Assembly (NCBI GenBank): GCA_023129575.1
Contig: JAGMBS010000007.1
Span: forward strand, 1-21,318
Direction of reading: 5' to 3'
DNA: 21,318 nucleotides
Source of the DNA: Minisyncoccota bacterium
GTDB taxonomy: Bacteria; Patescibacteriota; Minisyncoccia; Phycocordibacterales; UBA12079
The translations under genes and the position numbers were made by a program. The notes below the pieces were generated by a model. It had not been told where the DNA came from, searched no databases, and saw nothing but the letters and a program-made list of their open reading frames with translations. Shown one piece after another: positions 13,035-21,318 of this stretch (position 1 is the stretch's first letter; each line of letters starts with the position of its first letter).

Positions 13035-14177
13035 ATGGAAAATCAAAATCAGGACAGGAAAAAGGAACTCCAGCACAAATTGGAGGAGGCAAAGAGAGAA
13101 CGAAACAAGAAACAAAAAGCGGAAAAACTTCGGCTCAGATTGGAGTTGGCAGAAATGAAAAAGAAGGCGAGAAAAAAGGAAAAGGAGGAGAAAAAAGAAA
13201 AGAAACATTGGTGGACTTCTGATATTACAAAACAATTGTCCTCTTTTGTTGTCGGGTTTTTCTTTAACTGGATTATTGGAGGATGGACCGCAAGTTTGGT
13301 AAAAAACTGGTCTGCTCAATATGTAGCCCCAGGTTATGACACGGTTATCTACTGGATTGCGTTTGCTATTTTTGTAATTTATTTCGGCTATTATGGAATT
13401 GGAAAATTGAAAGAGTTTTGGAATGGCGTGCCTACCATATTGGGGCGACCAATTTCATGGTACATAATTCCCAGCGGGTTATTTTGGCAATTGCCATGGC
13501 CTTGGATGGGGTTTATGCCTGTGTTCATAGGGCAACGAGATTTAGATATTAAACCGGACAAAACTTTGTCGCGAGATAATATTGAAATAGGCATAGACGC
13601 TCAAATTCAAGCGAGGGTTACGGAGCCTTACAAGCACGCCAGCGTGGAAAATCCGGACGAAGCACTCAAAACACTCTCCAAAAGAAATATTCGTATCCTT
13701 GTAAACACGAAAGGATATAGAGCCATGCCCGGACAGAAACAACAATTTTCTAGAAATTTAGAACAGGGGGTGCCGGAACTGCCTATATTTGATGATGACG
13801 GCAATCCAGCCGGGACGGAAGAACTAAAATCAGTCAAGGAAGAAGCGGCGATGTGGGGATATAAAGATGGCATTGATAAATGCATGATCAACAATATTAC
13901 CTTGCCGGAAGAACTTCTAAAGGAAATTATCAAAGAGGAGAAAGAACAAATTCAGACAAGGTATGAACAAGTCCAACATGATTTGTTTCTTGTTTTGCTT
14001 GGAGCGGGAGATATTAATGAGGGTAGAGAAGCTTTTTTGAAAATGATTCCCGAGGAACGAGCGAAAAATATTCAGGCGGAACGAGACAAAAGAACGGTCA
14101 TTACCATTGACGGCAATGCCGGTGATTTCACAAAAGGTGGAGTTGGTGCAGCCGCAATGAAAGGAGGCGGAAAATGA
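13035..14177 (+). CDS. SPFH/band-7 (stomatin/prohibitin-like) membrane protein with a K/E-rich coiled-coil N-terminus
   Basis: Strong RBS AAAGGAGGA 6 nt before the ATG. The N-terminal 57 aa are highly charged. Hydrophobic segments follow. The SPFH core (...GVPTILGRPISWYIIPSGLFWQLPW...IDAQIQARVTEPYKHASVENPDEALKTLSKRNIRILVNTKGY) matches the band-7 pattern. Confidence 0.7.
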   Translation: MENQNQDRKKELQHKLEEAKRERNKKQKAEKLRLRLELAEMKKKARKKEKEEKKEKKHWWTSDITKQLSSFVVGFFFNWIIGGWTASLVKNWSAQYVAPGYDTVIYWIAFAIFVIYFGYYGIGKLKEFWNGVPTILGRPISWYIIPSGLFWQLPWPWMGFMPVFIGQRDLDIKPDKTLSRDNIEIGIDAQIQARVTEPYKHASVENPDEALKTLSKRNIRILVNTKGYRAMPGQKQQFSRNLEQGVPELPIFDDDGNPAGTEELKSVKEEAAMWGYKDGIDKCMINNITLPEELLKEIIKEEKEQIQTRYEQVQHDLFLVLLGAGDINEGREAFLKMIPEERAKNIQAERDKRTVITIDGNAGDFTKGGVGAAAMKGGGK

Positions 14178-14599
14178 CGGATAAAATCGACAAAGATGCC
14201 GAGATGGGAAGCGAAAAAAAAGGTAATCCTCTTCCCATAATCATTGCCGCTTTTATTATGATGGCAATCGCGGCGGGAATTGGAGTGTATCAGAAACAAT
14301 CAAAAACGGTTGCTGACACCGGCATAATTCCAGAAAAACAAAAAGCAGTGGATTTGGTCCAGATGCAAAAGCGTCTGGGACCGGAATGGAGAATGATTGA
14401 AATGGTCCAAGATAAATGGTATGGACCGTTCAAAATCAAAAACGGTTCCGCTTGGAAAATCGCGAAGGGGGAGATTTGGGTTAAAATAGATGACCGCGTC
14501 CCTTTTCACGATAAACCAGGCCAACTTCACTCAAAAAGCGGAAATAAGATTATGTTTTTATCGGTGAACGATGGAACTGTATTTTTTTTCAAACATTAA
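14174..14599 (+). CDS. NfeD-like small membrane protein (SPFH partner): N-terminal TM plus C-terminal beta-rich domain
   Basis: ATGA overlap with the SPFH stop. RBS AAGGAGG at 14161-14167. TM helix PLPIIIAAFIMMAIAAGIGVY. The C-terminal ~80 aa (GSAWKIAKGEIWVKIDDRVP) are compatible with an NfeD OB-fold. Assigned by context and topology. Confidence 0.45.
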   Translation: MTDKIDKDAEMGSEKKGNPLPIIIAAFIMMAIAAGIGVYQKQSKTVADTGIIPEKQKAVDLVQMQKRLGPEWRMIEMVQDKWYGPFKIKNGSAWKIAKGEIWVKIDDRVPFHDKPGQLHSKSGNKIMFLSVNDGTVFFFKH

Positions 14600-14612
14600 A
14601 CCCAGACGAAAA

Positions 14613-14646
14613 GCGGAAAATGTCGCAGACATTTTCCGCTTTTTTC
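14613..14646 (+). terminator. rho-independent terminator of the SPFH-NfeD operon
   Basis: 12-bp perfect stem GCGGAAAATGTC / GACATTTTCCGC, loop GCA, then TTTTTT. Confidence 0.8.
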
Positions 14647-14672
14647 TTTGTGAAAAATAATTATAACTTTAA

Positions 14673-14900
14673 AAGAGGTTTGACCTTGATAGTGACGCTA
14701 AAAGAAGTCCGACCCCAATTGTGGTGCTACAAGAGGTCCGACCTAAATGGTGGTTTAATAAAGTTTGGTGTGTAAGGAATTATTATAGTTTAAGTTAATA
14801 GGTCGGACCTCGAGTGGCTAAACAATTATGCTTTGCATAAGTTAAGAGGTCGGACTTCATAAACACCGCACTTCAGTAACAATTCAGAGGTCGAACCTCG
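14673..14900. repeat. cluster of 6 REP-like units (GAGGTC[C/G]GACCTC family)
   Basis: Units: gaggtttgacct 14675-14686, aagaagtccgacc 14702-14714, aagaggtccgacct 14731-14744, ggtcggacctcg 14801-14812, aagaggtcggacttc 14844-14858, cagaggtcgaacctcg 14885-14900. The first three and last three are in inverted orientation. Confidence 0.65.
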
Positions 14901-14902
14901 TC

Positions 14903-15277
14903 CTAAACTCCAGTCCCTAAACTCGTGATTGTTCCGCTTATGACAGTTGACAATAATTGCGCTCCCAGTAACACAATTATTCCAATTATTGTCCACATTA
15001 AAGTATTTCTGGCTTCTTTTAATTTTTCGGGGTTGCCGCGCGCCTTCACAAAAAGAAAACCGCTATAAATAATCGCTAAAATAGCAAGTGGGGCGGCTAT
15101 TATTATTATAACGCCCAAAATACTATTTATTAATTGGCTAATTGTGTTAACTCCGCCGCTTCCTCCCAGCGGGTTATTTAATTGCGTGATTTGTCCGTCC
15201 GCGCCGAGAAATTCAAATGGCAGAAATAAAATTCCTAAAATAATTAGATATTGAACTTTATTGAAAAATTTTTGCAT
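14903..15277 (-). CDS. TrbC/VirB2-like pilin-family small membrane protein (signal peptide plus 2 TM helices)
   Basis: 124 aa. Signal-like N-terminus MQKFFNKVQYLIILGILFLPFEFLGA. Two hydrophobic helices separated by FVKARGNPEKLKEA. It is a paralog of the adjacent gene. Confidence 0.5.
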   Translation of the reverse strand: MQKFFNKVQYLIILGILFLPFEFLGADGQITQLNNPLGGSGGVNTISQLINSILGVIIIIAAPLAILAIIYSGFLFVKARGNPEKLKEARNTLMWTIIGIIVLLGAQLLSTVISGTITSLGTGV

Positions 15278-15305
15278 ATAATTAATTATATTAAATTTCT
15301 AAAAT

Positions 15306-15716
15306 TTATTGAAGATTTAACAATCCGGAACTTTCGGCGCCGAGACCGAGAAGAACGGCTTTGACTATCAGCCAGGCGCCGACGACAAAAAACAATCCAA
15401 AGGCGACATTTTTAAATATTTTATGCGCGGTTTTTATTTTACCCGGATCGCCCTGGGCCGACAAATACAAAAAACCGGCGTAAGCGAACATCGCGGTGGC
15501 AATCGGCGCGGCGAGATAAAGGGCAAAGTCAATGAGATTGCCCACTCCCCTTACAAGAGCGTTAAAATCGCATTTATTTTGCCAGGCATTATTGACCCAT
15601 TTCGGATTGCAAGGGATAAGGGGATCGTTTGGATTATACATTGCTTGAACAAAAGACGGCAAAGTTAAAGAAAACAGAATTATTAGGTATTTTATTTTGT
15701 TAGAATATTTTTTCAT
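15306..15716 (-). CDS. TrbC/VirB2-like pilin-family small membrane protein (paralog)
   Basis: ATG at 15716 (MKKYSNKIKYLIILFSLTLPSFVQA signal peptide); the track start at 15725 is TTG. Same architecture as 14903..15277: ...AAPIATAMFAYAGFLYLSAQGDPGKIKTA... plus a C-terminal TM helix. Confidence 0.5.
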   Translation of the reverse strand: MKKYSNKIKYLIILFSLTLPSFVQAMYNPNDPLIPCNPKWVNNAWQNKCDFNALVRGVGNLIDFALYLAAPIATAMFAYAGFLYLSAQGDPGKIKTAHKIFKNVAFGLFFVVGAWLIVKAVLLGLGAESSGLLNLQ

Positions 15717-15729
15717 TTTTTTCAAATAA

Positions 15730-15808
15730 GAGGTCCGACCTCAACAATGGTAAAATAATGAGGAATGGCCAAATCTTGTGTTTTGTATAAGTTAAGAGGT
15801 CGGACCTC
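15730..15808. repeat. inverted pair of REP-like units (GAGGTCCGACCTC ... GAGGTCGGACCTC) bracketing a 53-nt spacer
   Basis: Arms at 15730-15742 and 15796-15808, with flanks AAGAGG.. and ..CCTCTT, could form a ~15-bp stem. Lies between the SBP-like gene stop and the pilin gene start. Confidence 0.6.
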
Positions 15809-15818
15809 TTGCTATAAC

Positions 15819-17105
15819 CTATTTCAACAACTCTTCCATTTCCGCGTCGGCGCGCGAAACAGCCTCGCTTAAATGTTTTCTGCCCGAGACGACTGATTCT
15901 ACCATATCTTGAAAAATTAATTGGACGCTGTCCGCGTCCGGATCAAGAAAAGCTCGCGCGGAAAGAGCGGCGCGGAAAAAAATATTTTGATAGGGATTGC
16001 CTGGCTCTTGAGCCAATAATATTCGAGAAACCGGCGGCAGCCCCGTCAAATTACTTAAATATATTAACGAATCATTTTTGATTAAATTCGTGGCAACCTG
16101 AAAAGCTCCCGTCATATTTTTGGAACTCTTGCTGATTGCCAAACCCCACATTTTTCCGAAAGTGATATTGTTCCGCAAATCCCCCGTTTGAGGCAAATAA
16201 GCGACATCAAAATTCAAGTTTGGATTTTTGGCCAATAAACCGCCCAATTCACCGGCGAAGCCAAAATACATCGCCAAATCGCCCGACAAAAACGCCGTTC
16301 TGGAATCAGGCAGCGCTCTATTCCAGGTATAGGCGCTTTTAACCGGATTGGAAAATTCCGTATAAAATCGCAGAGCCGATTCAGTTGAAGCCGTCTGATT
16401 GCGGGCGGAATCGCGCAAAGTTACGAGCAGATCTCCATTGTTTGATTGTATGATGGAATTGCCGGTTTGCATTATCATAGTGGCAAGAATTTCTTTGGCA
16501 TTCACAACATTCACAAATTCGCCCAGCGCCACCGCGCTTGTCAAGATATTCATATTCGCGTCTTTGTCCGTTAATTTTTTGGAAAGAATAAAAAAATCAT
16601 CCCAATAACGCGGCGGGTTGGCCAAACCGGCGCCGGTAAATAATCCCCTATTCCAATATAGAACCAGCGGATCAATCATTAAAGGCAGAGCCAAAATTCC
16701 GGTGTCAGACAAATAAAGTTCCCCTTCCTCTATAAAATAATCTTTGAAATCTCTCAAAGAAAAACTTTTATACGGAATCGGCAGGATTTTGTTCCGATGG
16801 GTTAAAATTTTTGATTGAGGCAAAAGAAAAATATCCGGACTGCGGCCTTCAGCCATGGCTTCCGCCAAAAGCCGGTCAAAATCCTGTTCCCCTTTTTGTA
16901 TATACTTGACTTTTTCAAACGATTTGTCTTCGTTGATTAAATTATCAACCATTCCCCCGATATATTTTTCGTTAATTGTTCCCCAAATAATCACCGCGCC
17001 AATCGTTTTACTCGGATCTTTTTGACCAAAGCCGGCAAACAAAACAACCCCCACTATTATAAAAAACGCGAAGATGGATGTAAGTATAATTTGAAATTGC
17101 GACAT
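15819..17105 (-). CDS. membrane-anchored extracellular solute-binding-protein-like protein (ABC-type SBP family 1-like)
   Basis: 428 aa. N-terminal TM anchor. Length and overall pattern are typical of a periplasmic sugar/solute-binding fold. No linked permease genes are present. The family call is tentative. Confidence 0.45.
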   Translation of the reverse strand: MSQFQIILTSIFAFFIIVGVVLFAGFGQKDPSKTIGAVIIWGTINEKYIGGMVDNLINEDKSFEKVKYIQKGEQDFDRLLAEAMAEGRSPDIFLLPQSKILTHRNKILPIPYKSFSLRDFKDYFIEEGELYLSDTGILALPLMIDPLVLYWNRGLFTGAGLANPPRYWDDFFILSKKLTDKDANMNILTSAVALGEFVNVVNAKEILATMIMQTGNSIIQSNNGDLLVTLRDSARNQTASTESALRFYTEFSNPVKSAYTWNRALPDSRTAFLSGDLAMYFGFAGELGGLLAKNPNLNFDVAYLPQTGDLRNNITFGKMWGLAISKSSKNMTGAFQVATNLIKNDSLIYLSNLTGLPPVSRILLAQEPGNPYQNIFFRAALSARAFLDPDADSVQLIFQDMVESVVSGRKHLSEAVSRADAEMEELLK

Positions 17106-17106
17106 A

Positions 17107-17637
17107 TTATTTTTTTCTAAAAATCAGGCCGTAATGATTATCTCCGGCGTAAATATCTTTTTCATAATCAAAACCGTTTTCCATAAAAAGTTTTTTAACT
17201 GTCTCGGGAGAAACAACCTGTTCTTCCGCCGGTCCTAAACCGCCAAAGGAACCCGCCCACTCTATAAAAAGCACCCGCCTGTTTGGTTTTAAAATGCGAT
17301 ATGTTTCTTTAATCAAATTTTCTTTTTCATCCAATTGAAATAAAACATTGGAAATTATCGCGGCGTCCATTGACGCGGCGCCTAATTTTGTTCCGCCCAA
17401 TTTTTCAATATCGCCCCAAATCGCTTCAACATTAAATAAATGCTCTGTCCCCGCCAAATTGTGAATTTTTTCCAGTAAATCTTTTTGAACTTCCACCGCG
17501 TAAACCCGTCCGTCGCCTCCCACTTTTTTGGCCGCCGCCAAGGAATAAGCCCCCGAACCGGCGCCCAAATCCGCCACCCGCATCCCGCTTTCCAAATCAA
17601 ATTGGTCGATATTATTTTGTGGATCCGCAAAGGCCAT
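17107..17637 (-). CDS. class I SAM-dependent methyltransferase
   Basis: Motif I VADLGAGSGAYS, followed by an acidic post-I region and motif II-like LKPNRRVLFIEW. 176 aa. 1-nt gap to the upstream gene. Confidence 0.75.
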   Translation of the reverse strand: MAFADPQNNIDQFDLESGMRVADLGAGSGAYSLAAAKKVGGDGRVYAVEVQKDLLEKIHNLAGTEHLFNVEAIWGDIEKLGGTKLGAASMDAAIISNVLFQLDEKENLIKETYRILKPNRRVLFIEWAGSFGGLGPAEEQVVSPETVKKLFMENGFDYEKDIYAGDNHYGLIFRKK

Positions 17638-17710
17638 ATTTAACCAAAATTATAACATCTAACGCAACATTGCAAAACTTTTTCGGTGTATAAAGTTAAT
17701 GCTTTCTAAT

Positions 17711-20209
17711 TTACAAACAAACCAAAGACGCCACTTCGTCGCCGGCTCTTAATTTCATAAGCCGAACGCCCTGCGTTTGGCGGCCGAGCGAAGGAATTTC
17801 AGACAAACTAATGCGGATTACCTGGCCTTTTTTGGAAATTGCCACCGCCTCCTCCAAATTCTCGGAAATCACTTTGGAAGCGATTAACTTCCCTACCTTG
17901 GCGCTTAATTTTATGGTTTTAATTCCGGAACCGCCCCTATTTTGAATTTTGTATTCTTTCAAGGCCGTCTTTTTACCAAGCCCTTTACTGCCGATAACCA
18001 ATAATTCCTGATTTTTATATTTTCGGCTCACAATACAAGCGCCAACCACTTTATCGCCTTTTTTGCTTAATTTTATTCCCCGCACACCGCCGGCGGCGCG
18101 CCCCATTGCCCTGATATTATTTTCGTCAAACCTGATTGACTGCCCTTCTTTGGTCGTCAACAGAACCGTGTCGCCTTTTTCCACAAAGGACGCCGTTATC
18201 AATTCATCGCCTTTGGCAAGTTTAACGGCAATCAAACCGCTGCGGCGGACATTATAAAAACTTTCCGCGTCCGATTTTTTAACTACCCCGTTTTTTGTTA
18301 CCATCATCAGCGCCAACTCATTTTTTTTGATGTCTTTTGGCATCGCCAAAATGGAAGTAATTTTTTCATCTCCCTCCACCGGCAAAAAATTCACGATAGA
18401 TTTTCCTTTGGTGGCTCTTTTCCCTTCCGGTATCTCATACATTTTCATTTGGTAAACTTTTCCTTTGTCGCTGAAAAAAAGCAAATCGCTGTGGGTATTG
18501 GCATACAAAAATTTAATCACAAAATCTTCTTCTTTCGTATTAAGGTCAACCACCCCGACCCCGCCTCTTTTTTGTTTTTTAAATTCATCCGGTTTTATCC
18601 TTTTAACATAACCGCCGGCGGTCAAGACCAAAACATTTTCTTCTTCTTCAATCAAATCCTCCAACGAAATGGACTGAGCGCCGTGTTTGACAACCTTTGT
18701 TCTTCTCTCGTCGCCATATTTGTCAGCCAACTCCTCCAACTCTTTTTTAATTATTTTCAAAATTGCGGGCGGACTTTTAAGCAATGCTTTTAATTTTTTA
18801 ATCAGTTCTTGCGTTATGCCCAATTCCTCGTCAACTTTTTTCCGTTCCAAACCGGCCAATTTTTGAAGTTTCATTTCTAAAATAGCGGTGGTCTGCCGGT
18901 CGGACAATTTAAATTTTTTCATCAAATTCACGCGCGCGGACGGCACATCTTTAGACGCTTTGATAAGTTTAATAATCGCGTCAATGTGGTCAAGCGCGAT
19001 TTTCAAACCCAACAAAATATGCTCTCGGTCTTCCGCTTTACGCAGTTCAAATTTAGTTCGCCTGATTACCACAATTTGCCGATGAGCGACAAATTCTCTC
19101 AAAATTGATTTAAGCGAAAGTGTTTGCGGGACACCGTCCACCAAGACAACCATATTAAAATGAAAAGCTTCTTCTAACTGGGTGCGTTTATAAAGATTAT
19201 TTAACAGATTTTGCGGATTAGCCCCGCTTTTAATATCAAGAACTACCCGAATATCTTTGGTAGATTCGTCTCGCAAGGCCTTAATGCCCTCAATTTTTTT
19301 GTCGCGATGCAATTCGGCAATCTTGGAAATCATATCCGCCTTATTAACTCTAAACGGGATTGAAGTGATTATAATTTGAAAAAAGCCGGCTTTATTTTCT
19401 ATGATTTCGGCTTCTCCCCGGCAAATTATTCCGCCCCGTCCGGTGGAATAGGCCTGGTGGATATCTTTTTGATTAAAAATGATGCCTCCCAGCGGAAAAT
19501 CGGGGCCTTTAATAAAGCGCAACAGGTCGTCCGTGGAAGCGTCTCTGTTTTCAATTAAATGAATTACGGCGGCTATAAGTTCCCGTAAATTATGAGGCGG
19601 GATATTCGTCGCCATTCCAACCGCGATACCCAATGTCCCATTCAAAAGCAGGTTCGGCGCCACCGTCGGCAAAACAACCGGCTCTTTTCTCGAGCCGTCG
19701 TAATTGGGAACAAAATCAACCGTGTCTTTTTCCAAATCGCGCAAAAGTTCTCCCGCCATTTTTGACATTTTCGCCTCGGTGTAGCGGTGAGCGGCGGCGG
19801 AATCTCCGTCAATAGAACCAAAATTTCCTTGCCCGATAACCAAAGGGTAACGCAGCGCGAAATTCTGCGCCATTTTTACCATTGTTTCGTAAATCGCGGA
19901 GTCGCCGTGCGGATGATATTTGCCCAGCACATCTCCCACTACCGTGGCGGATTTTTTGAATTTGGCGGACGCGGACAAACCAATCTCGTTCATCGCGAAA
20001 AGAATTCTTCTATGCACCGGTTTCAAACCGTCCCGAACATCCGGCAAAGCGCGGGAAGTGATGACAGACATCGCGTAATCCAAATAACTTTTTCTCATTT
20101 CCGCGCTAATACCCATAGGCACAATGCCTTTCTCCTCGTTTTTTTCGCCGTCATTACCGCCGTTTTTTTCCGGTTCTTTTTCTTTGTCTTTTGTCATAAT
20201 CCCCCGCAT
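17711..20209 (-). CDS. gyrA: DNA gyrase subunit A
   Basis: [32 protein letters not shown]. The active-site region [13 protein letters not shown] GyrA-box-like QKRGGVG in the C-terminal beta-pinwheel repeats. Start is uncertain: ATG at 20209 or 20197; the track's 20230 is TTG. Confidence 0.9.
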   Translation of the reverse strand: MRGIMTKDKEKEPEKNGGNDGEKNEEKGIVPMGISAEMRKSYLDYAMSVITSRALPDVRDGLKPVHRRILFAMNEIGLSASAKFKKSATVVGDVLGKYHPHGDSAIYETMVKMAQNFALRYPLVIGQGNFGSIDGDSAAAHRYTEAKMSKMAGELLRDLEKDTVDFVPNYDGSRKEPVVLPTVAPNLLLNGTLGIAVGMATNIPPHNLRELIAAVIHLIENRDASTDDLLRFIKGPDFPLGGIIFNQKDIHQAYSTGRGGIICRGEAEIIENKAGFFQIIITSIPFRVNKADMISKIAELHRDKKIEGIKALRDESTKDIRVVLDIKSGANPQNLLNNLYKRTQLEEAFHFNMVVLVDGVPQTLSLKSILREFVAHRQIVVIRRTKFELRKAEDREHILLGLKIALDHIDAIIKLIKASKDVPSARVNLMKKFKLSDRQTTAILEMKLQKLAGLERKKVDEELGITQELIKKLKALLKSPPAILKIIKKELEELADKYGDERRTKVVKHGAQSISLEDLIEEEENVLVLTAGGYVKRIKPDEFKKQKRGGVGVVDLNTKEEDFVIKFLYANTHSDLLFFSDKGKVYQMKMYEIPEGKRATKGKSIVNFLPVEGDEKITSILAMPKDIKKNELALMMVTKNGVVKKSDAESFYNVRRSGLIAVKLAKGDELITASFVEKGDTVLLTTKEGQSIRFDENNIRAMGRAAGGVRGIKLSKKGDKVVGACIVSRKYKNQELLVIGSKGLGKKTALKEYKIQNRGGSGIKTIKLSAKVGKLIASKVISENLEEAVAISKKGQVIRISLSEIPSLGRQTQGVRLMKLRAGDEVASLVCL

Positions 20210-20323
20210 TATATCATAAAAAGAATTCAATTACATCATTCATAACGCAAACAAAGGGGAAAATCGCGGAGCGATTTTTCCCTGTTTCAAACCCCTGGCC
20301 ATCATATGGCCAAATAATCTTAT

Positions 20324-20593
20324 TTACTGGTTAATATATTTCAAACCTTCTTTAATATCTCCAATTTTTTCGGCGGATTCATTATATAAATCCACAACGC
20401 TGTCTTTTATGTCTGAAATTGGGGGCAGCTGGGATTTTGTTTCCGTTTGCGTTTCCGCCCGGCGCGCGAAATTGTTTTTCATCTGGAATATCCACACCAC
20501 AACTACTAACACCATCAAAATCGCCACGCTCGCGAACAGAATCGTTTTTTTCCGGTCTCCCGATTTGTCTTGAAGATTTTGAATAAAATTCAT
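20324..20593 (-). CDS. hypothetical small single-pass membrane protein (89 aa)
   Basis: ORF with TM helix ILFASVAILMVLVVVVWIF. Sits between the PBP gene and gyrA. A REP-like unit lies 8 nt upstream of its ATG. Confidence 0.45.
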   Translation of the reverse strand: MNFIQNLQDKSGDRKKTILFASVAILMVLVVVVWIFQMKNNFARRAETQTETKSQLPPISDIKDSVVDLYNESAEKIGDIKEGLKYINQ

Positions 20594-20600
20594 AATTGAT

Positions 20601-20678
20601 GAGGTTCGACCTCTTAACTGTTATTAAAATATAAATTAGTCAACTTGCATCATCATACTGCTTTCGAGGTCGAACCTC
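20601..20678. repeat. inverted pair of REP-like units (GAGGTTCGACCTC ... GAGGTCGAACCTC) bracketing a 52-nt spacer
   Basis: Arms at 20601-20613 and 20666-20678. Same geometry as the 15730-15808 pair, with an unrelated spacer sequence. Lies between the PBP gene stop and the small membrane gene start. Confidence 0.6.
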
Positions 20679-20681
20679 TTT

Positions 20682-21318
20682 TTAACGGTCCGGTTCCAGT
20701 TCATAATAATTAACTAAAAACTTGAAAATATCCATAAACGGGTGGGTTAAAGTGCGCGAAGCATATTCAACCTCTTTGGGATTTATAATATACAAAAACA
20801 CTAAAAATTCAGGTTTGGTCGCCGGAAAATATCCGAAAAAACTATGTAAATACTTATTGTCATAATACCCCCTTCCGTCCTCTTTTGCCATCTGCGCCGT
20901 GCCTGTTTTGGCGGCGATTGTATAATTGTCCGAACGGACCGTTCCCCCCAGAAGCGCGTTATCCACGACTTTTATCAGCATTTTTGTAATTTCTTGGCTT
21001 GTTTCTTCCTGAAAAACTCTCTCGTCATTATTGTAAAAAATTTTGTCAGAGGGTCTTAAATTGTATTCTATCTCTTTTACTAAATGTGGAGTAATCAGCC
21101 GTCCGCCATTTGCCAGCGCGGAAAACGCTTTAACGGTCGCAATCGGAGTAATAGCAACTCCTTGTCCAAAAGAAGCGGTCGCGTATTCAAGATCGCGCGG
21201 GCTTTTCAAATTGGAAACAAGACCGTATGTCTCGTTTGGCAAATCCACTCCCGTTTCTTCTCCCAAGCCCAATTTGAGCAAATAGTCCGCGAATTTTTTA
21301 TTGCCAACTTTTCTCGCC
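20682..21318 (-). CDS. penicillin-binding protein transpeptidase domain (FtsI/PBP2 family), C-terminal part; gene continues beyond the window
   Basis: KTGTAQ (the KTG motif), ...SFGQGVAITP... and a transpeptidase C-terminal pattern. The frame stays open with no stop up to the window end at 21318. Confidence 0.8.
   Translation of the reverse strand, partial: ARKVGNKKFADYLLKLGLGEETGVDLPNETYGLVSNLKSPRDLEYATASFGQGVAITPIATVKAFSALANGGRLITPHLVKEIEYNLRPSDKIFYNNDERVFQEETSQEITKMLIKVVDNALLGGTVRSDNYTIAAKTGTAQMAKEDGRGYYDNKYLHSFFGYFPATKPEFLVFLYIINPKEVEYASRTLTHPFMDIFKFLVNYYELEPDR

Noticed and set aside
14673-15808. CRISPR array interpretation of the GAGGTC..GACCTC repeats
   Set aside because: Units are short (13-15 nt), individually palindromic and arranged as inverted rather than direct repeats. 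Spacing is irregular. No cas genes are present.

Overview
This is a low-GC bacterial chromosomal segment with almost all genes on the minus strand. The small proteins, weak Shine-Dalgarno signals and TrbC/VirB2-like pilins suggest a small-genome, possibly Patescibacteria/CPR-like, organism; that placement is inference only. Core genes are tsf, rpsB, prfB, htpX, gyrA, an FtsI/PBP2-type transpeptidase (5' end truncated at the window edge), a GGDEF protein, an HD hydrolase and a SAM methyltransferase. Five tRNA genes are present: a Leu(CAA)-like gene at the window edge, plus Thr(TGT), Ile(GAT), Ser(GGA) and Leu(TAG). A more AT-rich accessory block lies between tRNA-Ile and tRNA-Ser. It holds a Dam-like adenine methyltransferase gene overlapping a putative restriction endonuclease gene, two winged-HTH proteins (one membrane-anchored), a Cys-rich membrane protein and a hypothetical gene. 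The one clear plus-strand operon encodes an SPFH/band-7 protein and an NfeD-like partner behind a consensus sigma70 promoter. The most unusual content is non-coding. (1) A dispersed REP-like palindrome, GAGGTC[C/G]GACCTC, occurs at least 14 times at four intergenic loci, often as inverted pairs bracketing about 52 nt. (2) Upstream of tRNA-Ser and tRNA-Leu are degenerate tRNA copies carrying a conserved hairpin (loop GAAGCAGTTC). A 39-nt GC-rich double-hairpin element is inserted at the same D-loop position in two different tRNA-derived fragments. (3) CTCAAC-NN-GTTGAG palindromes bracket the restriction-modification cassette. (4) Perfect 36-nt and 22-bp palindromes and MITE-like CCCGTTAGAnAT inverted repeats are present. 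(5) The first ~360 nt contain a tRNA-like gene whose 3' acceptor strand pairs perfectly with a downstream segment, followed by a GC-rich structured region. All calls rest on reading the sequence and translations; no database searches were run.
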